In this document: positions 37,207-48,369 of the stretch, piece after piece
How positions within the stretch are numbered: position 1 is the first letter of the stretch
Layout: every line of letters starts with the position of its first letter
Assembly (NCBI RefSeq): GCF_001194135.2
Contig: NC_068987.1
Span: 465 to 64,464 of the forward strand
Direction of reading: 5' to 3'
DNA from: Octopus bimaculoides
Taxonomy: Eukaryota
DNA length: 64,000 bases
Notes under the pieces: generated by a model
Told to the model about the DNA's origin: nothing
The model's input: only the letters and a program-made list of their open reading frames with translations
The model's database searches: none
Position numbers and translations under genes: made by a program

Positions 37207-39304
37207 TTAACCTCCAGAGTTTGACCCCGAGCAAAAGATTTTTTTAAAATAGGGTAATAGGTGTCAAACATGTAAACAGATATGAAACAAAATGCACGTT
37301 GGCGAATGGGAGCAGGGGGAGACGACACGGAAAATTCACATCGGGAATGTTCCAAGTCCTCTCACCACTTCCCCGTTTGTCGGCACAAATTTTTTCTTCA
37401 TGTTCGTTTACTACACATTATTTTACACCTAGTATACTATTGTTTTTCAATTTTTGTGACGGGGTGGATTCAGATAATTCACACGATCCAGTAACCTGAC
37501 AACTGGTCACAAAAATGAAGAAAAAAAATAGTGTACTAGGTGTAAAACAACATGTAGTAAACGAATATGAAAAAAAAAATGCATGCTGGCGAACGGGAGA
37601 GCACTCGGAAAATTCACACAATCCGAAAACTCAACGTTAACACCTGGTCACAAAAAGTAAAAAAAAAAGTAGTGTAATAGGCGTTAAACATGTAGTAAAG
37701 GAATATGGGCAAAAAAGTGCGTGCTGGCGAATGGGGGTGGGGTGGGAGAGGACTTGGAAAATTCTCTTGCCCAAGATGCCATGCAGTGGGACTGAACCCG
37801 GAACCATGTGGTTGAGAAGGATATCCATTTTGTTGAGGGAAAAAATCGGATCATATGAATTGCCCTGATCTCCCTCCCCTCCCACTTCGTCAGTAAGTGT
37901 CTTCAACCAATGCATTCTGAAGGCCGAAGGTGGCATTTCAGAAGAAAAATTATCTATGCTATAAACGAAGATGAAAACCAAAATGTGTGCACCAAATTTT
38001 CCCTATTCTGTCTTCTGCATAATGGTATTAACAGAAACAATTGCAGCATAGTTGCTTGTAAGCCATTCAAGAACTCACACACACACAAAAAAGAACCATT
38101 GCTTTCATTGTGACATTGAAATTTCATTTGTGTCTAAATATTTTCATTCTTTAAAACCCTGACAAAAATTTGTGCTGCATCTGTTTTGTCAGTGAACAAA
38201 GTCTCAGTTTCAAAGCGACAAAAAATATTCAGATTGAAATGAGATTTAAATGTTGCAGTGAAACTAACGGTTTTTTTTTTGGGGGGGGGGAGTTCTTGAA
38301 TTGCTTACAAACGTCTATGTTGCAATTGTTTCTGTTAAAACCATTATGCAGAAGACAGAATCGAAAAAATTTGGTGCACGCATTTTTGTTTTCATCTTTG
38401 TTTATAGCGTTGATAATTTTTCCTTTGAAATGCCACCTTTGGCCTCCAGGATGCATTGGTTGGCCCGAAGCTATAGTTGAAGACACTTGCTGGCGAACGG
38501 GGCTGAGGTGGGGAGGAAGACTAGGACAATTCACACGATACAATTTTTTTCCATCAGCAAAATGGATATTCTTCGTAACNNNNNNNNNNNNNNNNNNNNN
38601 NNNNNNNNNNNNNNNNNNNNNNNNNNNNNNNNNNNNNNNNNNNNNNNNNNNNNNNNNNNNNNNNNNNNNNNNNNNNNNNNNNNNNNNNNNNNNNNNNNNN
38701 NNNNNNNNNNNNNNNNNNNNNNNNNNNNNNNNNNNNNNNNNNNNNNNNNNNNNNNNNNNNNNNNNNNNNNNNNNNNNNNNNNNNNNNNNNNNNNNNNNNN
38801 NNNNNNNNNNNNNNNNNNNNNNNNNNNNNNNNNNNNNNNNNNNNNNNNNNNNNNNNNNNNNNNNNNNNNNNNNNNNNNNNNNNNNNNNNNNNNNNNNNNN
38901 NNNNNNNNNNNNNNNNNNNNNNNNNNNNNNNNNNNNNNNNNNNNNNNTCTTCATAATCGTTTAGTACACATTATTTTTCACCTATTGCAATTTTTCTTCT
39001 CTTTTTTTTTTTTGTTTTTTTGGTAGTCGGGTTACTGGATCGTGTGAATTATCCGAGTCCGCACCCAACTCACCCCATCACAAAAATTGAAAAAACAATC
39101 GTATACTAGGTGTAAAATAATGTGTAGTAAATGAACATGAATAAAAAAAATTGCGCCGACGAACGGGAAAGTGGTGAAAGGACTCGGAACATTCCTGATG
39201 GGAATTTTCTCAGTCGTCTCTCCCGCTCCCGTTCGACAGCGAACATTTTTTTTTCATATTCGTTTATTACATGTTGTTTTACACCTATTAACACTGGAAG
39301 TTAA
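37207..39304. mobile_element. ~2.1 kb TTAA-flanked palindromic (foldback) element spanning an assembly gap
   Basis: TTAA|CCTCCAG ... CTGGAAG|TTAA; 37255-37570 is the reverse complement of ~38950-39290, and ~37815-38160 of ~38215-38579; centre near 38185; internal sub-repeats. Confidence 0.75.
38580..38947. other. Assembly gap (368 N)
   Basis: Run of N inside the right arm of the foldback. Confidence 1.
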
Positions 39305-39429
39305 CCCATTTCCCCGAAAGTCTTATCCCCCCTCACCGTTCGTTTGCGCAAATCTTTGGTTCCATATTCATTCTTTACACACAGTAAGCTGGGCTTTTAT
39401 TTTCGTTTTCGTAACTGGGGCATAAGGTG

Positions 39430-39590
39430 TATATTTATGTCTTTATTGGCCACAGGGAGCTAAACATAGAGGGGAAAATCGAGGACAGGGATTAAGTCGA
39501 TTACAACGACCCAGTGCGTAACTGGTACTTATTTAATCGACCCCAAAAGGCAAAGTCGACCTCGACGGAATTTGAATTCAGAACGTAACG
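39430..39590 (-). mobile_element. CORE/MIR-like SINE
   Basis: Reverse complement of GAATTCAAATTCCGTCGAGGTCGACTTTGCCTTT...GGGGTCGATTAAATAAGTACCAGTT...; same family at 62620-62800 (+). Confidence 0.75.
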
Positions 39591-39709
39591 AAACAGTATA
39601 CTGACCAATAAGATGGACATTAGAGGAGATATTAAGACGAAGTAAATACTAAGGACGCCAACTAAAATAAAATGAATCTAGAGTTGGCTTCTCTCTTATG
39701 AGTACAGAT

Positions 39710-39968
39710 AACATCCCCCCATCCCATACAATGAGTTTCACTTCCGGCTTATAACCAACATCTCTCTCTCTCTCTCTCTCTCTGCAAACAATGTTAGCAT
39801 ATTAAAATTTTTACCCTGCGTCATTAACTTAAATAGATTATTAATCAAAAGATAACAGAAATATTCTGTTAGAATAAATTGAAAGTAGTTCTGCTTAATT
39901 TATCAACAATGTCCTCGTCCAATTTTACTCCATTTCTCCTTCTTTCATCTTTTAAACTATATTCGTAT
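39710..39968 (+). promoter_or_regulatory. Putative promoter and exon 1 of ZNF gene 4
   Basis: GAGTTTCACTTCCGG 39733-39747 (CCGGAAGTGAAAC on the opposite strand); donor GTAAGT at 39969-39974. Confidence 0.5.
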
Positions 39969-40117
39969 GTAAGTAGCCGTCATTTATAGACATTTTACAC
40001 GTTTCTTTTATGCAAAATCTATCTTTTATATTTATATCTCTACTTTCTATTTTACAACTACAATATTCCTTTCCTGGCAATACGCAAAAGAAAATACAAC
40101 CACAAACATTAATAGGC

Positions 40118-41286
40118 ATTTATGCCCCCTCCCCGACTTTGGATTATCATAACTTTCAGAAAAAGGGATATTTTTTAATGAAATTTTCTACAATTATGTA
40201 TTATATCATGTAGATTCCGAATAGGAAAGACATCCGCCCGGGGAATCCGGAATATACAAAATATTTTGGGGAAAGTATTTTAGGAGTTGGGTGTGGGAAA
40301 TTTCGGAAAATTCACCGGAGTCCACTTCAATTCGTCTTAACTTTCAAGAAAATAGATATTTTTAAATGAAATTCTCTACAAATATACCTCAGACTTTGTA
40401 GATTCCGAGGGCATAGGAATTTGGGAGGAAAAACAATTGGGGGTTATTTTTGAGAACTGTTCCTCGTGGGTGTTTCGGCACTAGTCCATATTTGTTTCAT
40501 TTTCTCCGCTTCGTGCGTTTATGCATCCGTAGATTTCTACTGAAGCCCTCACCAAAATACTCGTTATGCTAAAAATAACAGCTAACGGTCTGGTACACAG
40601 AAATATGCTATTAAGACGACTTATCTGTTGCATACAATTTTTTAAAACTTCAAGTAAATTCCCAGGTAAACGTTTCTAATAGAAAGGCAGAAGACACCAG
40701 AAGCAAAAATAAGGAATATACACGACGCACAGTTAAATATACAAGTGTAAAGGGCAAAGTTTCGATATAAAATCGAAAGATCACCAGGGCAAAATTTTGA
40801 CCATCTTGCAAAGTATAATTTGTTACATAATCTCTATAATAAACATGATACTGAATGAAATAATTCCCCGTTTGAACATTTTTAATTACGTGTGTGTGTG
40901 TGTGTGTAGAAATCTACGGATGCACAAAACGGAGAAAAATATGGACGACTAGTGCCGAAACACCACTAAGGAGGGAAACGGTTCTCAAAATTAACCCCCA
41001 ATTGTTTTCCCCAAAATTCTTATGTCCTTGGAATCTACATAGTCCGAGGTTTATTTGTAGAAGATTTCATTAAAAAATATCCATTTTCTTAAAAGTTAAG
41101 ACGAATTGAAGTGGACTCAGGTGAATTTTCCGAAATTCCCCCCCCCCTCCTAAAACACTTTCCCCAAAACATTTTGTATATTCGGAATCTACATGATATA
41201 ACACATAACTGTAGAAAATTTCATTCAAAATATCCATTTTTCTGAAAGTTATGATCATCCAAAGTCGGCAGTAGTGGGGCAGAAAT
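40118..41286. mobile_element. ~1.17 kb foldback element in the predicted intron of ZNF gene 4
   Basis: Arms ~40118-40540 and ~40905-41286 are reverse complements, each with an internal tandem duplication; spacer ~365 bp. Confidence 0.85.
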
Positions 41287-43023
41287 CTGTACGTAACCGA
41301 ACCATTTTCAGGCTATGTACTATGGGCAGTTTTAGATGGTCAAATTCAGAACGCTTTTAGAAGGATGTATGTGTGCGCATGCACAAAGGAATCAGACTGG
41401 TCATATTTAACTTTGAACATTTGTCATATCGAAGTGTAAACCTACCTTATACAAAAGACAGTTCCTAGTTTGCATTGGTCTGATCGGCCATAACTGAACG
41501 TCCTGTGACCCATCTTCTCCCATGTAATGTCCTGGTCATCGTCAACAACGATGGACGAACATTATTATATTGTTATATACTATAATGGCATTAGATTAGA
41601 ATATAGAGTATTTTCTATTGTCACCTTTTAGTTTCCATCTTCTTTGTTGGCATAGGCTGGACAGGATTTCATGGCTCCAAGGACTGCGTCAGACTCCAGT
41701 GTCTTGTGTTGTGCATTGGGTCCTTTTTTTCAAAGCCCCAGCACTAATAAGGTCACCATGAAGCTTGCAAAATTAAGATCTTCAATGAAGTGAGGCCTTA
41801 TTAGTGAAGGAAGTGGTTTTATGCCAGGTGATGAATGCTTAGAGTATGTAAGAAGGGGCTGGCGCAGGGTTCGTATTGCAGAGGACATACATGGTTACAT
41901 GCATTATACTAGAGGGAGTGGAGCCAGAAAAAGAAATAAAAATGGCAGTGATGAGTGGTCTAGATGGACCCTAAACATACGGTTATTTTGATAGAGATTA
42001 TTCTAGATCAATAACTGAAATAGAAACTTCATCCTTAGCAAAAGTTCAGTATCAATTTTGGTCCAGTGGATGGAGTTTTTGAAACTGGTCTCCCCCCAGC
42101 AGTTGTCATGGAACAATACTAGGCCTTAGTTTTTAATTTTTTGTGTGTATAGCTATACTCTTGACATTATCAGTCTTATATGCTGTCATCTCCTTTTGTG
42201 CTGCCAAAGCATCATTCTGTTTAACCAAACTATTCTCCTTCATATTAGTATTTTGAGTATACAAGCCAAAATTTGAAAATGCTAAGGTGGGATGATTTTT
42301 TAGTTGGCTGAAGAAATGCACTGATGGCAATGAGTACCCATCATGGGGCAGTTGTGTATTTTTGTTGAATCAGGTGAGAAACAGGATAATTTTAAGACAC
42401 AGACTAACATATATTAACTAGTGGTCATTGATGAAATTCTTCCTGTCAAGATCCATACCCACAGCCCTCTTTATCTACTTCTGCCACATCTATATATCAA
42501 AGTGTCTTCTCTCTGTAAACATGTTCTAACATTTTCTTGCTATTCTAACTTTCAATATCTGTGATCCAAATATCTTCTCTTCAATAATCTTCATGTTAAC
42601 TCTTGATTGTCCCTTGTATCTTACTTATGTTGTCTTTTTATTTCAGGTTATCTGATGACATTGAGATAAAATTATGTCACTGAAGATGTTCGACTTATTT
42701 ATCAACTTTTGAAGACTGAAAATAACTTCATCAAACTGATGTCAGTCTTTTTCTACAACACTTGGATGAATGAATGAATGTGAGATATTTCCTCAGAATT
42801 GAGATTATCTACAATAATTCTCATATCGACTGCAAATGTATATTCAGAGATTATTTATTATGATGTTTTAACTGTTTTGAAGTTATTTTTTCAAAAGAAC
42901 TGCTAGTCTCATCACCTTCTTATTTATTAATTACAAAATTCTATCCTAAGTCTTTCTTCAAAGCCAAAATACTTTCAGATTTTAACAAAGACCATCATAT
43001 ATATGGATTTAAAAGAGACACTT

Positions 43024-43182
43024 ATGGATGATAAGGCAGAGCTTGAAAATAATATTTCATCTATCCAGACACAAGAAAATACAGAAGAGGGATCACACCA
43101 TTGTGAGATATGTGGGAAATTATTCACAATAAGAAAGAATTTAATTCAACATAAATTTATTCACTCAGAGATACAACTGTGA
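43024..43182 (+). pseudogene. Frameshifted ancestral N-terminus of ZNF gene 4 (52-aa upstream ORF with one finger)
   Basis: ATG 43024: MDDKAELENN...HHCEICGKLFTIRKNLIQHKFIHSEIQL*; a deletion in the first linker puts the next finger (YNCENCDKQFTMSSS...) in another frame. Confidence 0.8.
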
Positions 43183-43204
43183 AAACTGTGACAAACAATT
43201 CACT

Positions 43205-43873
43205 ATGAGCAGTTCCTTATTTCAGCACAAGCTTATTCACACAGGAAAGAAACCATATCACTGTGATATCTGTGGTAAAACATTCTCTGAAAGTGGTCAT
43301 TTAACTTCTCACAAACGTGTTCACACTGGAGAAAGACCATACCGCTGTGAGATCTGTGGTAAAAATTTCTCTCAAAATAGCAATTTATCTCTCCACAAAT
43401 ATATCCACACTGGAGAGAAACCATATCACTGTAATATTTGTGGTAAAACATTCTCTCTAAATGGTAATTTATCATCCCACGTACGTATCCATACAGGAGA
43501 AAAACCATACCACTGTGAGATTTGTGGCAAAGCATTTTCCCAAAATGGTAGTTTGTCTTGTCACAAACGTATTCACACAGGTGAGAAACCATATCACTGT
43601 GATATCTGTGGCAAAACATTTTCACACAACCATAATTTATCTAATCACAAACGTATCCACACTGGTGAGAAACCTTACCATTGTGATATCTGTGCTAAAA
43701 CATTCTCTCAGAATAGCGTTTTAAGTACTCATAAACATATCCACACAAGAGAGAAACCATATCACTGTGATATATGTAATAAAACCTTCTCTCAAAAACG
43801 TTATTTGTTTTCCCATAAACGTATCCACACAGATGGGAGATCACACCAATGTGATGGTAGCTTAATGATATGA
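43205..43873 (+). CDS. Poly-C2H2 zinc-finger ORF (ZNF gene 4), 222 aa, 7 intact fingers; possibly a pseudogene
   Basis: Seven C2H2 units; starts at a Met inside finger 2 of the ancestral frame; acceptor AG 42645-42646; AATAAA at 43895 and 43912. Confidence 0.7.
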   Translation: MSSSLFQHKLIHTGKKPYHCDICGKTFSESGHLTSHKRVHTGERPYRCEICGKNFSQNSNLSLHKYIHTGEKPYHCNICGKTFSLNGNLSSHVRIHTGEKPYHCEICGKAFSQNGSLSCHKRIHTGEKPYHCDICGKTFSHNHNLSNHKRIHTGEKPYHCDICAKTFSQNSVLSTHKHIHTREKPYHCDICNKTFSQKRYLFSHKRIHTDGRSHQCDGSLMI

Positions 43874-43959
43874 CAACTGGTCACTGAGATGAAAAATAAA
43901 AACCTACATGGAATAAAATATGTATTTTTTTTTTTTCATTCTGACAGATTTACAATATG

Positions 43960-46900
43960 ATGTAGCGCCATTCTTGTTGAACCTTGTTTTATATTATTTG
44001 TAAAGCTCCAACATCTTTAAATCAGAGCTCACTGAATCTTTCTTAGATACTCTGTGTATCTGTTACGTCATACATCATGAGATCATGATGTCACATCTTA
44101 ACGTAAAGTCACTTCCATTACATCTCCCATCTTTACAAACATTGCAAGGGATTGGAACTTGAATCATCAACTTCAAATAAATTTAGTTATATATTCATTA
44201 TCATTCTGATAAAGCAACTTTCTTCAGAGTCCATGAATATATCTTCTTTAGATTTAACTGTCCATAAATGAATTTTTTTTTTTCCATTAAGTAAATAATC
44301 TCTTTAACTTCTTTAAACATGGAAAGAATAATGAAATATGCTTTCAGGCAATTAACACAGTTCAACTTCTTTAACTTGAAATCAAACACTTAACACAGTT
44401 CATGAATCTCTCTTTTCATAGAGCACTTCTCGAATTCAACAGTTCTTAATATCAATCTCAATATTCTGGCATGTTGATTTTTCGTTTGGATCTTGTAGTT
44501 TGATTACAGATAGTGTCTCTAGCCTCAGACTCATCTGTATCGTAGTCTCTTCACATTCTCCATTTGGCTAAGCTGTTGGATTCTTAGCAGCTGTCCACAG
44601 ATGACAACGATTTCATCAATACTTGTCTTCTATCTGACGTCTGTTGGATCTTGGTGCGTCATCCACTGATTTTTTTCAACTCCAGGCTTCCATGTCTGAT
44701 TTCCTTGAATCCTGACTTGCCGCCCATGAGTTAAGTGAGGTAACTCTCTAATACCTCTGTCGCTGTAGTAATTTTACTGGTCTTGACGTGCTTTCAGCTG
44801 ATCATGTAGCTGGTTCTTCTGTACTTGAGGTTTCAGCAAGGCATCGGACACAGTTGAGCGACTTTTCAGACGCCTGCTCATTAGCATTTGAGCTGGTGAT
44901 AGATTGACTATGTCAACCGGTGTCTTTCTGTACTCAAGTAAAGCCAAGTAGACATCTCAGGCACTGGCTTCTGCTTTCTTGAGCAGACTTTTTACTGTCT
45001 GAACTGTGCGCTCAGCTTGTCTGTTTGGGTGTGTCAGACTTGATGTTGTGTGTTTGAAATCCTTTTCTAGACCAAAGTTACGGAACTCTGCATTCGTAAA
45101 CTGTGGTTTGTTATCTATCATGAGCTCACCTGGGATGCGGTGTCTGGCAAAGACAGATTTCACTGCCGTAACTGTCGTTTTACTTGATAGGCCAGACAAT
45201 TTCAGGGTACTTTGAGAAATAGTCGATACACACCAGGTAGTCAATGTTCTTATACACAAACAAGTTGGCTCCGACTTTGGCCCATGGTTGATCAGGAATT
45301 TCATGGCTCTTCCATGGTTGTTTCGGATTACTCTTTCTATTCTTGTTGCACACAGAACATTGTGATACAAATTCTTCAATTTGTACAGTCATTCCTAGCC
45401 AGAAGCTAACTTCTTTGACTCTGAGTATGCACTTTGTCACTCTGAAATGAGCATCATGAATTCTCTTCCATATTCCTGTTTGTAGTGTTGCAGGAACTAC
45501 AACTTTGTCAGCTTTAAAGATGAGGTCATCAATAAAAGTCAATTCACCTCGACTATTCCAGTAGTCTTTCACACTTGCTGAAACATATTTTCTATTTTCT
45601 GGCCATCTGCACAGAATCACTGATTTCAGCTGTTGCAGTTGTGGATCTGCAATCACTGGCAATCCGGAATTCACTTAACTTTCCTGAAGTTATCAACAGT
45701 TGTGATATTAGCTCCCGCATCACACTCACTTTCATCAAACCAATCATTACTGGCTTGAAGATATGCCCTGCTCAAGGAATCTGCAACAGTCAGTTCTTTG
45801 GATGATACTTCTGTAAACACAGCAACATTCTCTGCAACCTGCTCAAGGGTTTCTGAAATATGATTTCACGGGACTTGTGATCAGTTTCTACTGTTTTTCC
45901 ATAGATGTACTGATGAAACTTCTCACATCCATGTAGGATACCATCTCTTTCTCAGTCTATGCATACTTCGTTTGCTCACTTGTCAGCAACTGCTAAATTG
46001 AACGCTATAGTCTTGTCAGCTTGCATTAACACTGCTCCTAGCCCTTTGGAGCTTGCATCCACTGAGAACATGACTGGCTTTGTAACATCAAAGTACTGTA
46101 GTACTGGAGACTCTGTCACTCTTTGTTTCAAATTCTTGAAACGTGTTTGCTGCCTTCCTTCCCAGTGCCATGCAATGTCCTTCGGCAATAACTCTTGTAG
46201 AGCTGCAATTTTACTAGAGACACTTGGTATGAACTTTCCCAGATACTCTATCATATCATGGAATCTCATCAGATCTGTTTTGTTTTCAGGCTCAGGCATT
46301 CCTCGGATAGCTTTCACCTTTCCAGGATTTGGCTTCAGTCTCTTGTCAGTGAGTAGATGCCCTACACATGCGGCCTCCATCATTCTCTGCTTGCATTTCT
46401 TTGCATTCCATTTCAGGCCACTTGACTGTATTCTATTCAGAATGGCATGCAGTCTTTCATCATGTTGCTTGACATCTGTACCCCACACCCAGATGTCATC
46501 AACAATACATTCTGTGCCTGATAAACCTTCTAGGATCTGTGACATTGTTCTTTGAAATACCTCTGGCGCTGACTTCACTCTAAAAGGTAGTCAAGTGGAT
46601 CGGTATCTACTGAATGGAGTATTGAAGGTACACAATTTGGAACTATTTTCATCAAGTTGTATCTGCCAAAATCCAGACTCTGCATCAAGAACGGAGAACA
46701 GTTTGGCACCTGGCATTCGTGACATAATTTCCTCAACAGTTCTCATGGCATGCATCCAAGTCCCTGGAACTGCTCTGGATATTCTCCCAGTATGTCTGTA
46801 TTCATTTTCTGAATGCTGTGAACTCACTGAACCAACTTCAATTTCTCACAGGGTTTCCTTCCCAGTATACTTGGACAGTTTTCCTCCACAACCCAGAATA

Positions 46901-48001
46901 CTACTTCATTCAAAGTGCCACTGATTTCACTTGATACTCTCTGTCCAAGTGAGAATGACTTTTCTTCAAAGTATGACACAAGTTTCACTTTTGAGTCGAA
47001 CATTGATTTGGAAATGATATTGCACTGTACACCTGTATCCAGTTTGACTTCAGTGGTTTCTTGTAGATTAATAAAGTCTCATACCTGTCTTCATTATTTT
47101 CATCGGTGGTCATCTGTCCAGGGAATACTTCAATTTTCTCTCTCTAGCGTCTCTACATTTTACACATGCTGGCAAAATGATGTTTACCACTGTATTTGCC
47201 ACAAACTTTTCTTGCAGCAGGACACTTGTCTTTAGCATGTTTCTAACCACACTCTCTATACTGAGAGTATTTTTTTTGGTTCAACCTTTAGGTTCATACT
47301 TCTTGGATCCCTCCTGGCATTCATTTCATTAAATATAGTTGATTGTTCATCATTAAGAACTTTCAATTGTGCTCTGATTTCTGTAGCTCTACACATCTGT
47401 ACAGTTTTTTTTCCAAATCAAGATCATGTTCTCAATAACCGCGTTCTCAGGCTATCACTAAGAATTCCACAGACGATTCTGTCTTTAATGAGCCCTTCAT
47501 TCAATGTCCCAAACTCACAAGTTCTAAATTTATTCTTTAAATCTATCAAATACTGATCAATTGATTTACCTGGTTTCTGAGATTGTGTGAAAAATGCATG
47601 TCTCTCAATATTCAGATTTTTCTTAGGTTCACAGAATTCCCGAAACTTTTGTTTCACTTTGTTGTGATTATTGCTATCCACTTCCTCACTCCACTCAAAA
47701 GTGCTATACACTTGAACTGCAGCCTCTCCTACCACTTGTAGTAAAGTAGAATGCTTCACATTCTGTGATTTTGTTGCAATTCCATTAGCCGTAAGGTATA
47801 GTTCAAACCTTTGTTCTCGGCTATGTTGCCTTTGAGATTAATCTCATTCAGGCAATTATTCAATCCCTCCTCTGACACCATCTAAGTTATGACATGATAC
47901 AGGGCACAGCCATTACTATACATATTTCTTACATCATACATCACAAACTTGTGATGTCACACTTTGTGTGTACATCTTAATGTAAAGTCACTTTCATTAC
48001 A
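43960..48001 (-). mobile_element. Full-length but decayed Ty3/Gypsy (Mag-like) LTR retrotransposon
   Basis: gag (FCEPKKNLNIERHAFFTQSQ...LIKDRIVCGI), protease (KLDTGVQCNII), RT (LDAESGFWQIQLD; CIVDDIWVWG), RNase H (VDASSKGLGAVL), integrase (PWAKVGANLF, DNKPQF); PBS TGGTGTCAGAGGAGGGATT at 47862-47880; PPT AAAGATGGGAGA next to 44122; LTRs ~47881-48001 and ~43961-44122; ATATG at 43955-59 and 48002-06 is a possible TSD. Confidence 0.93.
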
Positions 48002-48170
48002 ATATGGACATGAAATACCTAAACCAGTAAAGCTACCTTTCTTGCATTCATTGAGAAATACCTTTAAAATCTTTTTATACCAACTGCCTGAAACTATCCT
48101 TCTATGATACAAACTTCCTGTTTTAAAATGATCTAAAATAAAATTGTTTACTAAAAAGACCGGTGATTGT

Positions 48171-48215
48171 CGTGCACTGATGATGGGTAAATACCTAGAA
48201 ACCTGGGTCTGTGCG
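48171..48215 (+). ncRNA. Minimal type I hammerhead ribozyme (Penelope-type) with intact core and GUC cleavage triplet
   Basis: CGUGCA-CUGAUGA-UGGGU(AAAU)ACCUA-GAA-ACC(UG)GGU-C-UGUGCG: 6-bp stem I, 5-bp stem II, self-complementary stem III ACCUGGGU; predicted cut after C48209. Confidence 0.8.
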
Positions 48216-48369
48216 TATCATGTCAGGTCGAAGATGTGGGAAGGATGGCTTCCCATTGCAAATACTGATAGGGCACAGAAAGTGTGTCAATAGCCAGCTG
48301 GAGGAGATGTCCTCCTGGAACTACAAGCTACAGTAGCATCTACCCTTAGTGGTTAGCCACATTTAATAG

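Noticed and set aside
38170-39026. Long ORFs of 179-264 aa in the track
   Set aside because: Artefacts of reading through the 368-N gap.
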